Of a stretch of 64,000 bases of DNA, positions 22,289 through 35,923 are shown piece by piece (the first letter of the stretch is position 1; each line of letters starts with the position of its first letter). The stretch spans positions 18,166,001 through 18,230,000 of the forward strand of contig JBHGNT010000005.1 in the NCBI GenBank assembly GCA_043228905.1, read 5' to 3'. This DNA is from Azolla caroliniana (Eukaryota; Plantae; Polypodiophyta). The notes under the pieces were generated by a model. That model made no database searches and was not told the origin of the DNA. It saw nothing but the letters and a program-made list of their open reading frames with translations. The position numbers and the translations under genes are program-made.

Positions 22289-25200
22289 ATGGAAGACTCA
22301 TTCGGTGGCATGTTTAAGCTAACCGGCTTGAACTACTCAATGTGGAAGTCGAAGATGAGAGACATAGTCGTGTGCAAAGACTTGCATCTAAAGGCGGCAG
22401 CATACATAAGGTGTTTTATAGACATGAGTCTATACAACAACTTCGGCGGAGAAACAAAAGCAGATGTCCTATGGAAGAAGATCAGCGTCTTGTTCGAAAA
22501 CAAGAACCCTGTGAACTGAGTCTTAGTATTTTGTGAGGCTCCGGTATCAGGTTGGCTCCAGTATGGCGGAGCACATCAATGCCTACCAAGGATTGATGAA
22601 CCAAACCACCTCTCTAGAAGTACCTCTGGCTGACGAGGTATTAGCATTGTTGTTGTTGGGATCCCTTCCAGACAACTGGGAGACACTCGTTGTCACTTTG
22701 GGCAATGCCGGGCCGGAAGGGAATCATCTATCCTTAGAGTAGGTGAAGTCAAGCTTGTTGAATGAAGAAGCTCGCCGAAAGGACCGGAGTCCAATACCGA
22801 CCAAAAGGCCTTAGTCACGGAAGGTGAAATGATTTGGGGAAGAGGCCAAAATCGAATTCCTCAAAACCGAGATAAGTCGGGGACCAAGTTGAAGTCGAGG
22901 AGAGACCCACGTGCTTCTATTGTGGAAAGTTGGGACACTTCTAGAAAAACTGCCGACACTTTCGAAAGGAGAAAGGGGAAGCTAATGGTGTAGAACCGAA
23001 GAAAATCCCGAATAGGAAGAACACCTCAGCAATCACTGCGGGTGAGGAGCAAAGTGAGCACAACAAAATGAATCTCACATGCGAAGAATCGACATGGGTG
23101 GTTGATTCGGGTGCGTTGTTTCACCTAACCCCTAACCGAAACTGCTTCTCATCCTATAGAGCTGGAGATCTCAAATCTGTAAAGATGGGAAATGAAGGAG
23201 CATGCCGAATTTTCGGATTGGAGATGTGTGTTTGGAAACTTCAACCGGGTGCAGACTCGTGTTGAGAGATGTACGACACATTCCGGAGGTCCGATTGAAC
23301 CTAATATCAGTCAGTCGGCTAGATGATGAAGGCTACACGGGTAGCATCCGAAACGGTGTCATGAAGTTTTGCCGAGGAAGCCTGATCGTGGCTCGAGCCC
23401 GGAAAACCAACACATTGTACATAATGAATGCTCGAATATGCCAAGGGGAAGCAAACTTGGCAGCTGATACGGTCGGTGAACTATGGCACAAGAGGTTGTG
23501 CCATATGAGCTAGAAGGGGATGTGAAAGCTTGCCGAGGACAACCTCATTCCAGAGGTGAAGAACATGCAACTAGAGAAGTGCACGGATTGCTTGGCGAGA
23601 AAGCAAAATCGAACATTCTTCTTAGCAAGGCCTCCAATGAGAAAGAAAATGTCGTTGGAACTCGTGCATACGGACATATGCTATGTGGACACAAAGTCGC
23701 ATGGTGGTTCACAGTATTTCGTGACCTTCATTGATGATTGTAGCCTGAAGTTGTGGGTTACCATGCTGAAGACGAAGGACCAAGTGTTATTCGTCTTCGA
23801 AGAGTTCCAAGCGAGGGCCGAGAGAGAAACCAGCCGAAAACTGAAGGCAGTCCGAGTGGACAATGGTGGAGAGTACCGTGGACCATTCGAGGAATATTGC
23901 CGAAATCAAGGAATCTGTCTCAAGTATATCGTGCCGAAGACGCCAGAGCTAAATGGGTTGGCCGAGAGAATGAACCGGACCATAATGGAAAGGGTCTGAA
24001 GTATGCTTGCACATGCTAAGTTACCGAAGACGTTCTAGGTTGAGGCGTTGATGACGACAGCATACATGATAAATCGATCACCCTCAGTACCCTTGGACGG
24101 TGATATTCCACAAAGAGTGTAGAGTGGCAAAGACATAGCATACCAACATTTGACGGTGTTTTGTTGTCTTGCTTATGTGCATGTGGCAAAGGACTAGAGG
24201 GGGAAGTTGGACCCGAAATCTCGACCATGCATATTTCTCGGCTACGGCAATGATGAATTTGGCTATCGGCTATGGGAATTAGCTGAGAAGAAAGTGATTA
24301 GGAGCCACGACATTGTCTTCATGGAGGAAAAGACAATAGTTGACTGGGAGATTGAGAATAAGTCTCCAACTACAGAATTGAACTGAGTCGACGCTCGGTC
24401 GAATCGTGTAGAAGCCGAATCGACCGAAATTGAATACGAGCCAGTTGGCCGAGTTAATACTCGGCAAAATCAAGAAGTGACTGAAGAACGAGGGGAAACA
24501 GCCGAACAAGGAATCGAATTCGAATTGGCCGAAGAACCGACCGTGTCGAATGGAGGCCGAAGATACCCCCTAAGAGAAAGGAGGGCCCCCCAAAGATTTT
24601 CGGATGAAGAGAGTGTATTGCTAACCAATAACGGGGAGCCGGAAATCTTTAAAGAAGCTAAAGAAGATACCCACAACCAAAAGTGGTTGAGTGCCATGCA
24701 AGAGGAGATGGATTCCTTGCATGAGAACCACACATATGAACTGACCGAACTGCCAAGAGGAAAGAGGGCACTTCGGAATAAATGGGTATACAAGTTGAAA
24801 CCGGGAGATGGTAGGAATCCACCCAGGTACAAAGCACAAATCGTCGTGAAAGGCTTTCAACAGAAGAAGGGTGTCGATTTCGATGAAATATTTTCCCCAG
24901 TCGTAAAGATGACGTCAATCCGAACTGTGTTGAGCATCGCAGCTAGCATAGATCTCAAAGTCGAGCAATTGGATGTCAAGATAACATTTCTGCACGGTGA
25001 TCTTGAAGAGGAGATCTATATGGACCAGCTAGAAGGATTTGTGGAGAAAGGTAAAGAGAACCTGGTATGCCAATTAAGGAAGAGTTTGTACGGGTTGTAG
25101 CAAGCACCTCGGCAATGGTGCCAAAAATTCGAATTCTTCATGACCGACAACGGGTACCATAAAACGCAGGCCGATCATTGCGTATTTGTGAAGAAATTCG

Positions 25201-26755
25201 ACGTAGGAGATTTCCTCATCCTCCTGTTGTACGTGGATGACATGCTGATTGTCGGACAAGACCATAAAGTTAAGATCTGAGTGTTGAAGAAGGCTTTGAG
25301 CAGATCGTTCTCGATGAAGGTGTTAGGATTTCGGTCCCTCTGGATGGGATATAATTACTCGGCAAGGAAGACCCAGTGAGAACCGGATGATGTAGGCCCG
25401 ATGAGAACCTCTCACCGAATGGACATATAGGTAAATATGTTTCTGAGAGCCCATTGGGGCTATATTTGTAAATAGTCCTAATGTCATATATGTATAAATA
25501 TGACCTAGGGCAAACACTATATGTGTTGTTGTCATTTTGTTGTATAGAATTATTGGTGTAACTGTTGTACAGAACATAGCAGAGGGAAAGAGACAGAGAG
25601 ACAAAGACAGAGACAGAGTGAGTCTCTGTTGTAACCGCCGCAAGGCGAAGATTGTGAGCATGAGGTCGCTGCCTCCGTGCTTACCTGTTGTACTCCTCTC
25701 GATATAGTGATAGTTGGAGTTTGTGAACTCCCGTGGTTTTTCCCGTTTAGGGTTTTCCACGTTAACATCCTGTGCATTCTCTTCTGTTTGTGTACTTACT
25801 TCCATTCCTCATTTTTTTGTGTTTGATTATCATTAAGTGATCGAAGACTCGATTGTGGCCGAGCACCATTTTGCATATTTCCTATCAGAAGGATATGGGT
25901 CCAGCAAAGCAAATCCTAGGGATGCACATTGTTCGGGATTGAACAAAGAAATTGTTGTGGTTGTCATAAGAAAAATATGTGACAAAGGTGTTCCAGGGAT
26001 TCGGCATGGAAAGCGTGAAACCGGTCGGCTCAACATTGTTGACAAACTGCAAGCTGAGCAAAGAACAATGTCCGAAATTGAAAACCGAGAAGGCCGAAAT
26101 GTCAAAAATTCCTTACGCCTCGGCAGTTGGAAGCCTGATGTACGCGATGGTATGTACCAAGCTGGACATAGGATACGCAGTCGGCGTGGTTAGCCGATAT
26201 ATGCACAACCCTAGAAGAGAGCATTGGGCTTCCGTGAAGTGGATACTTCAGTACCTAAAAGGCACCTTGAACATGTATCTTCATTTCGGTTCGGGTAACC
26301 CCACACTGGAAGGTTATACTGACTCGGACATGTCGGTTGATGTGGATACCAGTTAATCCACGTATGGGTACGTAATGACTTATGAAGGGGAGCTATTTCG
26401 TGGCAATCGAGAGCAAAAGGTCGTGGCATTGTCGACCACGAAAGCCGGCAAGGAAATCATATGGATTAAGGAGTTTATCGGTGAGTTGGGAATTCGACAA
26501 GAGGAATTCCAACTTCATTGCGATAACTAGAGTGCCATCCACCTTGCAAAAAATGCCGCCTACCACTTGAGTACTAAACACATCCAGAGAAGATATCATT
26601 GGCTTCGAGAGCGAGTACAAGAAAAGGAGTTGGCTCTAGTGAAGATCCACACGACCGAAAATGGATCGGATATGCTGACGAAGGTGTTGTTAGCCAAAAA
26701 GCTAAACGTGTGCCGATAGAGAGTCGGTTTGGTGAAATACCCCATGCCGGAGTGA
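22289..26755 (+). pseudogene. Copia D gag-pol with many stops and frameshifts
   Basis: MEDSFGGMFKLTG, WVVDSGA, DNGGEYRG, YVDDML, ...PMPE-stop; collinear with B. Confidence 0.88.
25321..25887 (+). mobile_element. Solo LTR (567 bp) of the B-type family inside D RT
   Basis: TGTTAGGA...TTCCTATCA; perfect TSD GAAGG; shares the TATA block and R/U5 motifs with the B LTRs. Confidence 0.9.
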
Positions 26756-27277
26756 AGGGGGAGTTAATTGGGAAACATGTCCTTCCGGATGGGAAGAGAA
26801 GTACCGTGTTGGTGAGTATCTCGGACAAGGCCGATAGGCTAAGGCCAAAACCGAAATCGTTTCGGAAGACTATAATTGCAAATAGTCTAAAATGCCCCTT
26901 CGGGGCTATACTTGTAAATAGCAGAAAGTTGCTTTTGCTTATAAGAAACTAGAGCAAACTTTAGTAAGTGTAGTTGATCATTATTGTAAAGTTAGAACGA
27001 GGTAGTTGCCTCTATAATCATGAGTGAGAGAGTGAGAGTGTAACTCTGTAGCTGTCTGTCAGACAAAGGAGAACTCGAGGTCGTTGCCTATTTCCTCTCT
27101 ACTATAGTGATCTGTTTTTCTCGAGGTTTGTGGAACCCCGTGGTTTTCCCATTTTGGGTTTTCTACATAAAATATCGGTGTCTCTGTGTCTTCACATTTT
27201 TTAGTCTGTTTACTAGCTCTTGGTTTCTGCACACAAATACGAACGTGTAACCGATTGTGGCCGGTCGATTCCTAACA

Positions 27278-29223
27278 AATTCTACTCAACCAACTAATTC
27301 TTCTTCTAATATTTCCTCACTCCAATCTTTAGATGATTCTCTTCCTCATACTCCTCTAAATACACATTGTTTAACTCCCTCTAACAATACAAATAATGTT
27401 ATCTTCTCCAGTCCCTCTCCTAATTCTTCATTCCAAGCTTTATCACCAACTTCTCCACCAACCTCTCCACCTCCAAAGTATAGATCTTTAATTAATATTT
27501 ATGAGCAACTTGATCAAATGGAAGCACATTTTGTGGACTTGGACCATGAAGCTTATATACAGAAGAATATATTCCAACCCTTAGTGATGACACGCATCTG
27601 TCGGCTAAAGATGCACTTTCTGGATCGGATTCTATCAAATGGAGAAAGGCTATGGAAGAAGAAATGAAGGCTTTAATTAAAAATGGTACGTGGACCCTCG
27701 TTGAGCCTCCAAAAGATCGTCAAATAATTGGTTCTAAATGGGTCTTACACATAAATTGAGATAGTAATGGTAATCCAATTCACTTCAAGGCTTGTGTTGT
27801 TGCTCGAGGATTTTCTCAAGTACTAGGTATTGATTTTCAAGATACATTTAGTCCAACGCTAAAATATGTGGTTTTTGAATGCTCGTTGCTCTTGCCGCTC
27901 AACATGATCTAGAGTTGCATCACTTGGATGTACAAACAACTTTTCTTCATGGAGATTTAGATGAAGAACTTTATTTACAACAACCACAATTTTGTGAAGA
28001 TCCAAGTCATTCAACACATGTTTGTTGACTTTGTAAATCTATTTACGGCCTTAAGCAATCTCCACACATATGGTATCACAAACTACACTCTTTTCTTATA
28101 AAAGTTGGATATCATTGTCTAAACAATGAGCAAAATATATATGTTAGAAAAGCCAAATCCAATTTTGTTATCATAGGTGTGTATGTTGATGATTTTCCCT
28201 TGATCTCTAATTCCAAATCTTTTCTAACTATTGCAAAGAAGGAACTTGCATATGTCTTTCCTATCACCGATTTAGGCCCTATGACACATTTTCTAGGCAT
28301 CAAAGTAGCTCAAAATAGAACAAATCATACTATCTCATTATCACAATCAAATTATATTAATTCTATCCTCCAAATATTTGATATGCTCTATAGTAATCCT
28401 ATTAGTACTCCTCTTACCTCTCCATGTAAACTTTCAAATGATGATTCTCCCAAAAAATGAATGACAAATTTCCGAAATGAAGGATGTACCCTATAAGCAA
28501 ATCCTTGGGTGTATAAGATATCTAGTAAGTTGCACACGTCCCGATATTTGCTTTGCCGCCTGTTTTCTTTCTCGTTTCATGGCTAATCCAGGACCAAAGC
28601 ATTGGATTGCGCTCAAAAGATTACTACGATACTTGAAGCATACTCAACATTATGCATTGACTTACTCGGTCACACAATCTGAGTCAACCACACTTGTGCA
28701 AGGATGGACAAATCCCTCTAGCCAACTAATTGGTTGGTCGGACTCTGATTGGGGGGGAGATGTGGACGATCGCAAGTCAACATGTGGCTATGTTTACACA
28801 CTCGTTGGCGCTGCAATTTCGTGGAAGTCAAAGAAACAAACTACCATAGCATTGTCATCCACCGAAGCTGAATATGTTGCCCCAGCTTTAGCGTCTAAAG
28901 AAGGCATATGGATTAAATCTATGCTTGAAGAATTTAAATTATTTACTATTCCAACAGGGACCTTGTTTTGTGATAATCAATCATGCATCAAGCTAGCCAA
29001 TCATCCGAAGATGAGTGACAATATATGTCATGTGGACTTGAAGCATCATTTTCTTCGCGATCTAATTGAAACAAAGAAGATAGAACTAAAGTTTCCCCCC
29101 ACTCATCAAATGTGGGTTGATTTTCTAATGAAACCTCTTCAACTTTCCAAACACATTATTTGTTGCAAGCAAGTTGGATTAATTGATGTAATTGAAGACA
29201 AAGATAAAAGTCTACACTTTTAG
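27278..29223 (+). pseudogene. Copia A RT-RNase H
   Basis: YVDDF, TDLGP, CTRPDI, WSDSDWGGD, SSTEAEYVA, FCDNQS. Confidence 0.88.
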
Positions 29224-29244
29224 ATATTTTCGCTTAGGAGGGAG

Positions 29245-30495
29245 TGTGGAAAATAATAAACGAAAATAAATAAATAAATATTAATAGTTAATAGTTCTTA
29301 GGAATACGGTTTCCTTCATGAGAAGGAAACCGTAACTATATCAGTTATAAGACCACCACCAACGTTGTAACTATTAGGGCATTCTATTAATACAATACAT
29401 TTCCGTTTCCCTCATTTATCTCTCTCTCTCTCTCTCTCTTGAAATATGTTGGCCTTGAAGTTCCTTCAAATCATAAATGGAATGAATGTGCTACACGCCG
29501 CTTAGAGGCGGGTAAGCGAGCATATTATGCATTTGAGAACACATGCAATCTTGGAGATATGAAGTGTTGGGTCCTCAAGAAATATCATTTTGACACTTTG
29601 GTGACCCCAGTTCTTCTCTATGGGGTGGAAGTATGGGGGCGGTAACATCCCTAAATCTACGTAGAAAGAGTTTGAAAATGTCCAAAAACATTTTCTTACA
29701 AAGTTTCTACAAGTTAAGAAACAAACGACCTACATCCTCCTCCTCCTTGAGACGGGATCACTTCCCATTGAGATCATGGCCATGGAAAGGGTTGTTGAGT
29801 ACATGCTTAAGGTTCAAAAAAGCCCCTCACATCGATTTCCTAGAATTGCATGGGAAGCAAGCAAAAAGATTTTGTGTTCCGGTTGGATGCAAGATTTAGA
29901 AAAATGGTTTGGTAGATGGGATGCAAGACACTTGCTTCATGATGCATCATTAGATTCCTCTGTAAATGAGGCCTTTTTGCAATGCCAATGTATCATGACA
30001 TGGGACAAATGTGGTGGCTCACGCTTCACACATTATACTACAAATGTTGCACCTAACTACAAAACCATATTCTTCGCGGAACGAGGAAGCCTACACATCG
30101 ATACATGTTAGAGCCCATCCCGATATCTGCCATTCAAACCATTGCTTCCATGCGACTTAGCTCGCACACATTGAGATGTGAGACGGGGCGTTGGGGCACA
30201 AGTGATGAGAGTGGCCGACTATGCGCACTTTTCCCTAAACAAGTTCGAGAGTCTAAGTATCACACTTTGATACAATGCTCTGCCTTTGATCATATTCGAC
30301 CATGCTTTCCACATCTCTTCGATCAAGCCCAATCCTTGCACGAATTTCTCTCACAACCACGATGTGCACTCTCGATTGCAACATTCATTGGTAAAGTTCT
30401 TGAACATCGAGAGTCACTACTCACCTTCACACGTATCACGTGAAATGTAATATGTTTGGTCTCATAGGTCATATTTGACCTCCGAAGACAATAAT

Positions 30496-30530
<35 letters not shown>

Positions 30531-30568
30531 CTTTTCTTTCTATCTCTCTTTCTCTTTCTTTTCCTACA
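29245..30568 (+). repeat. 3' LTR of Copia A, split by a LINE fragment
   Basis: 29245-29438 and 30500-30568 match the 5' LTR. Confidence 0.88.
29440..30499 (+). mobile_element. 5'-truncated non-LTR retrotransposon (RTE/RTEX-like) in a (TC)n tract
   Basis: KYVGL...PVLLYGVEVWG RT thumb; C-terminal RLSSHTLRCETGRW...RLC...ES.YH.LIQC motif; short 3' UTR ending AATAATATAA; (TC)n on both sides. The clade call is from recalled motifs. Confidence 0.72.
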
Positions 30569-30573
30569 AAAAT

Positions 30574-31500
30574 GACCAATTGACTCTGTCAAACACCTTT
30601 TCAAAATCTAGCAAAGTGTAGTTGTTTTCTATGGAGTTTGTTTAGCAATCGTACATGCTTCCCAATAGGTGAGAACATTGTCCAGTATGCATCTCTCCTC
30701 CACGAAACCCGATTGGCCGTTATATAATAATTCTAACAAGTGTGGCTAAAGTCTACACACTAGAATTGTTACATGAATTTTGTCAATCGTATTCAAGATA
30801 GTTAGGAGCCTCCATTTTTTTATGTCTGCAGTGGCAATGACATATTCTGTTTTCGGAATCAAATAGATGAGCCCTTTTGTGAAAGATTCTAGCATCCACC
30901 CGGTGTTCCAAATTTTGGTAAATCCCTCCAATATTGGTGCTTTCACATGATCCCAAAACATCTCGTAAAACATCCTTCCTAGCCCTTTAATGCATGGGCA
31001 TGCTTCCTTGTTTATATTGCGCAAGGCAGCATAAATTTTTGCGAAAGAGATAGGTGCATCCATTTCTGACTTGGCCATCTCTTTCATATGCACATTTAGG
31101 AATCCTAGAAAACCATCCACTTCTTCACCATGTTGAATATTGGCCTTTTCCTCATTTAGTAAGCCTTTTCTAAAAATCACATGCAATTTGCATTATTTCG
31201 TTCGGATTTTCAGTTTTGGATCCATTTGCTCGGTTTAGACGCATCATCTAAGTGTGTCCACCTCTGGGCTTGGTGCTTTTGAAGAATTCAACATTTGTTT
31301 GGTCCCCTTTGCATCACCACCAAATTGCATTGCATCTAGCTAGAAATGTGTTTTTCTTTTGTTATTTGCATATTCCATGTGAGATTGTTCCAAGCGTGTA
31401 GCTCTTGCCCTTTGATTACTGATGCATTCGAATTCCTCGAGGTGTCCTACTGTGATAGTAACATATTGAAATCTCATGCCACTAGCTAGTCTTCAACCCA
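30574..31500 (-). mobile_element. Decayed L1-clade LINE, upstream part of the RT that continues at 932; outer limit approximate
   Basis: FYEMFW...KGLIYLIPK...KKWRLLTILNTIDKI and LLDFEKVFDRVNWSF, which joins FLDKILKKM at 932 across the TSD. Confidence 0.82.
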
Positions 31501-34500
31501 TACAATTGATGTTAAATTTGGGTGTATGTAGAGGAAAAATATTAATTTTCTTAATGTAAAAAGATTTGTTCCTCATTTCTTGTGATGCTTTATCCTTTTG
31601 TAATGGTATTTGTGAAAGGTTCCATTTCAGTCATGTATTTATCACCCTTCTCTATGCTTAAAGATACCCTCCCCTCTAGCTTGTGTTTCATAAACACACT
31701 TTTCTCACATTTTGTACATTCACACCATGGTCTTGCATTGCTTCCAAAGATAAAATAATATCCCTATCATCGCACAATCAAATAACCAGCTAAAGTTTGG
31801 CCATTGATTTGAGTTAGACTTTCCTTTAATTCATACAAGTTATGGTTCTCTTTTTCCCGATAATAGGGCTATACTCTTGGGGTAGCCAAAGTTTTTGCAT
31901 GTTGATCCACATGGAGACAAATCTAACTACATCCACTACTTTATTAGATGCCATTATGGAATGTATGGGTTCAATATGCAACATTTTGGCCCCACTCTCT
32001 CTCACTCACTCTCTCTCAAAAGTGTTTTAATATAATACCATGCTAACATACAAAGCATACCTCGCATTAAAGTTAAATTCTGAATAAAGAAGAAAGTGTT
32101 CCATAGTTACTCCTTATGTCTTAGTGTAAATTTACATTGAGGATATTGTCCATATTTTACTTCAAACATGTGAAATCTACATTGATTGTGAGGTACACAA
32201 TCAGACCTTCACGACATACATGCTAATCTTCTCATAGTAGGCAAGGCATATAAATGGTTGATGAATTTCACTAAAAGAAATCAAATTCTCCATCCTTAGG
32301 AGCAGTTTCGTCAAGAATTTCTATGCAACTAGGTTTGACTTGAGATGTCTTAACTTAAACATTGCCTATAATCTAGGTTCAAGTGAGAAGCCTAGGTAAA
32401 TAAACCAAAATTTTGAAATATTAAAATGTCACTATGAAGCCCTCTAAATGGGGGTGTTACCTTCCAAACAAATAGTTTATAAATGCCACCCAATATAACC
32501 ATCCAATGATTCTTATTAAAATATATGTTAAAATAGCAAGTTTTAAGTTCATAAACTAAGAACTCATGTTCAAACATGCAAAATATATACCAAAAATGTC
32601 AAAGTCTTTCAAGTTGTGATTGCAACAAGCCATTAAGTGAAATTTTTATATAAACATTCTGTGTAACCACTTTCATGATATTAAATACTAATCAACAAAG
32701 TTAACTAGAGGTCCTTTGAAAACCAAAAGTCTTTTAGGGAAATATCTAATTGTGTTTCCACTTTTAATCATTAATATGTTACGATGAGGTAAGCCAAGGA
32801 GATAGCGCCTTCAAGCAATGTCTTCGGCAAATTATTTATTTTTGTGTGTTTAGAATCTCTTGAAAAGAAAGTTGGAAAATGTCTAGTGGATTTTGTTCCA
32901 TGTTCGCAAGATTTAAACAATATTTCAAAAAACCATGAAATTATCCAAGTGTTCATATTGTTAATCGGAACTTGAACAATCAAGTACAATGGAATTGTCA
33001 TTGGTAGTGCAAAAGTTCTATGCATGTTATCTTTAAAAGAGAGAAAGGATCTAGATGTTATCAATTTATTAGCACAAGCCCAACATTACTATGTTGCCAC
33101 ATCAACCATGTGCCATCGTGGAATCAAGATTTCAACTTTGCACAAAAGATGCTTACCCAAAGAGCATCGAAATCTACAAATTCCCTCAATCAAACGCGCT
33201 TGATTAGCTCAACCATAACGTAGGATTTACAAGGCATTCCTTATTTCACATTCAACTTAAGGAAATTTGTTTTGAGAGCTAGATTATTCCTTTTTGAGAT
33301 GTAGCATTTGGCCTATATGGTGGTAAAATCCATGAGTGCAAAATTGCCAATTGATACCAGTTTGAAGGCAGCACGAGGATTAGGGTTTAGATCAAAAACA
33401 GAGAGGGAGACAGTCTGTGTGAGAGACAAAGGAGGAGAGAGAAAGTACCAGATTTAAAGAGGGAACAATGACAATATATCCCAAGTGGCAAAAGATGGAT
33501 AGTGACGATGATAATTCTAAGGTACTAGAAAATATATATCACTGTTCTTTTTCAAGAGTTATTAACCAACTTGTATCCTTCAAAGGCTTATTTTTGTTGC
33601 AAAAGGATATAAAGACAATAGTGATATAGTCCTAGATAGGAAGTTATTGTCTTGCTTGCATGCAAGATGGATACGTGACCTTGGTATGCATCATAGGCCC
33701 TTTTAGTATGAATCAAACAACTTGTCTAAAAGATGCCCTCATCATGCACCCAAGTAGTCTAGTGCCAACTTGATATGAGTAAAACTCCATGTGTCATGTT
33801 GAATAAACCAATATCCAATGTTATTCCAAAGAGAACGATCATGTGATCTCATGAGGTATATTCCACACTAGGATCCATATGCATGTGGGCAACTCTCTCG
33901 TTGGACTCGTCCCCTTTATGTCTCTTTAGGAGGGTTAGCAAAGATTATTTGGGAAAATAACAAAACCACATGTGAAGTGGGCATACTCCTACGATTAAAG
34001 GGTAAATTAGCCAAATTTTCATTTATAGCAATCAATCCCTTTCTATGATATGCATGTATCCCACCCCTTATTTCCTCATGATCCATTGCATATCCATATC
34101 ACCTAGGTAATTAATGAATGTCATAAGTTAGTCCCCTAATCACAAGTCCATTATTTAAGTGAATTAATCTAGCCTTAATTAACTCCTAATAACATGGTTT
34201 TGATAGTATGTATGATCATTGATACATATATATGTAATCACATATGATTTCTATAGACCAAGGTCCACTAAACAACCAATCTAGTAAGATATATTTCATT
34301 CTTCCTTGAGTGTCATGCCAACCACATCAAAGTCATTTCTCAATACATTAATCCTCTTAAAAGAGAATGCATAAGACTTGTATAATGGGTGGTCTTTCAT
34401 AAAATAGCAATCAACAAGACCATTGACCTTCATAAGGTAGTAAGCATATGTATATCATCAACACATTTATAAGTCTATCATTTTGAATGTGAGTGCACAT

Positions 34501-35730
34501 AAATGCTATCCTTACACTGCTACTAGACTTGCAACCTATTAGACCATAGTATGTGATTGATTATATAAGATATTGAATATCGATCATGTTTACAAGTTTG
34601 ACTGGTTGTTATGAACATCTCCATTTGGCTAACGCCAATTGAGATCCACAAGAACTTATTTGCCTTGGCTAATAGCTGCAGATGAAGTATAAACCGAAAA
34701 AAAAGCCATGGACATTACTGGTTTTTACAAAAGTTATCTACCCAAAGATTGCATGAACAATACATCTTTTGCGAATATTTTGCATCACAAGTGGTAACAA
34801 CAACTAAAATAAATCTTGCTCACTTTATTCAAAGGAAAAACACAAAATCATTTGCTACCTACAGTTGAAAACTTCAGGCCCTTGATATATCCACCTAAAC
34901 ATAGGATACAAATCAATGATACAAATTTCTTACACATACACCACATACGTAAGTAAAAATGATTGAACCATAGTCATTCTCTAATCCTATATTGTTCCCA
35001 ATCCTTTTATCCATTAAAAAAATATGAAGTTTGTATTCCACTTGCAATACAATTCTGCCCAAACCTCAGAATAAAGCATTTGAACCATATGAGGGATAAA
35101 ACCAAAAACACAGGCACTTTTCATCAATCACGCTTTCATGTTTTTAAGAAGCTTGAATCTCTAACATAGGATTACAAAAAATGTCGACTCAAGGCAATGG
35201 TAACCACAAAAAGACACCCTAGTTAACAATTAAACATATAAATATTTACATCAAGCCCTATTCTCCCATCTATGTTTGGTCAAACACAATAAAAACAAAA
35301 TCCAAATATCCCAGTTATCATATACAAGCTTGGTGTGGATGCTGTTCCTTAAATTCCACATTTTGCAACCACTGTCGATAACAATAATAAACAAAAAAAT
35401 ACAGGCTAAGGTAGTAACATATATAGAATATGGCCTTAGCTGATTGCCCTTCTCCAGCAGTGATTTAAACTCTATCACAAAGAGCAAAGGTTATATATAC
35501 CCTTAGTATGGCCTTGCTTGTAATATGGGTTCAACTTCATTGGATTAATCTCTTCTCCCAGCCTCACATATTCATTGAGAATGGAGAACCATAACCACGA
35601 ATGAAAGCTTTGAGAAAATGGAGGGAAAAAGGAAAAAAAAAGAATTATTCAAAAACACTGCCAGCTTGGCCATATCTTTTTGTTTTCAAATGCTAACATT
35701 ATACCCCAAGAGCATATACATGACCTCACA

Positions 35731-35923
35731 CTAAACCGGTATAACATCATCCTTTGAAGTATCTTCCGAAATCAAAATGATCCCAGAGAGACTAGAAGGT
35801 AAGAATAGCTCTTTCCACTGGCAACCCGTCGATAGCGCATCAGGTGGTGACACGATCATCAAGACATTGTCAGTCCGTTGAACCACGCCCATCACAGTTA
35901 TTGTACTGCCTTCTTTGATGTAG
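35731..35923 (-). CDS. SHOU4: SHOU4-like coding exon 5
   Basis: ACAG|C; YIKEGSTITVMGVVQR...DDVIPV-TAG. Confidence 0.88.

Larger units (their letters stand above)
21728..27277 (+). mobile_element. Ty1/Copia element D (same family as B, decayed)
   Basis: LTRs 21728-22272 and about 26766-27277; PBS 22276-22287; PPT GAAGGGGGAG; imperfect TSD AATCT/AATTC. Confidence 0.88.
938..30568 (+). mobile_element. Ty1/Copia LTR retrotransposon A (outermost, decayed, host of the left nest)
   Basis: TG...CA LTRs at 938-1208 and 29245-30568; 5-bp TSD AAAAT (933-937 and 30569-30573); PBS TGGTATCAGAGC; PPT AGGAGGGAG (29236-29244); gag-PR-INT-RT-RH order. Confidence 0.92.

Noticed and set aside
31500-35700. Short ORFs and possible ancient TE or LTR relics
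   Set aside because: AT-rich, with no motif, terminus or TSD that I could support.
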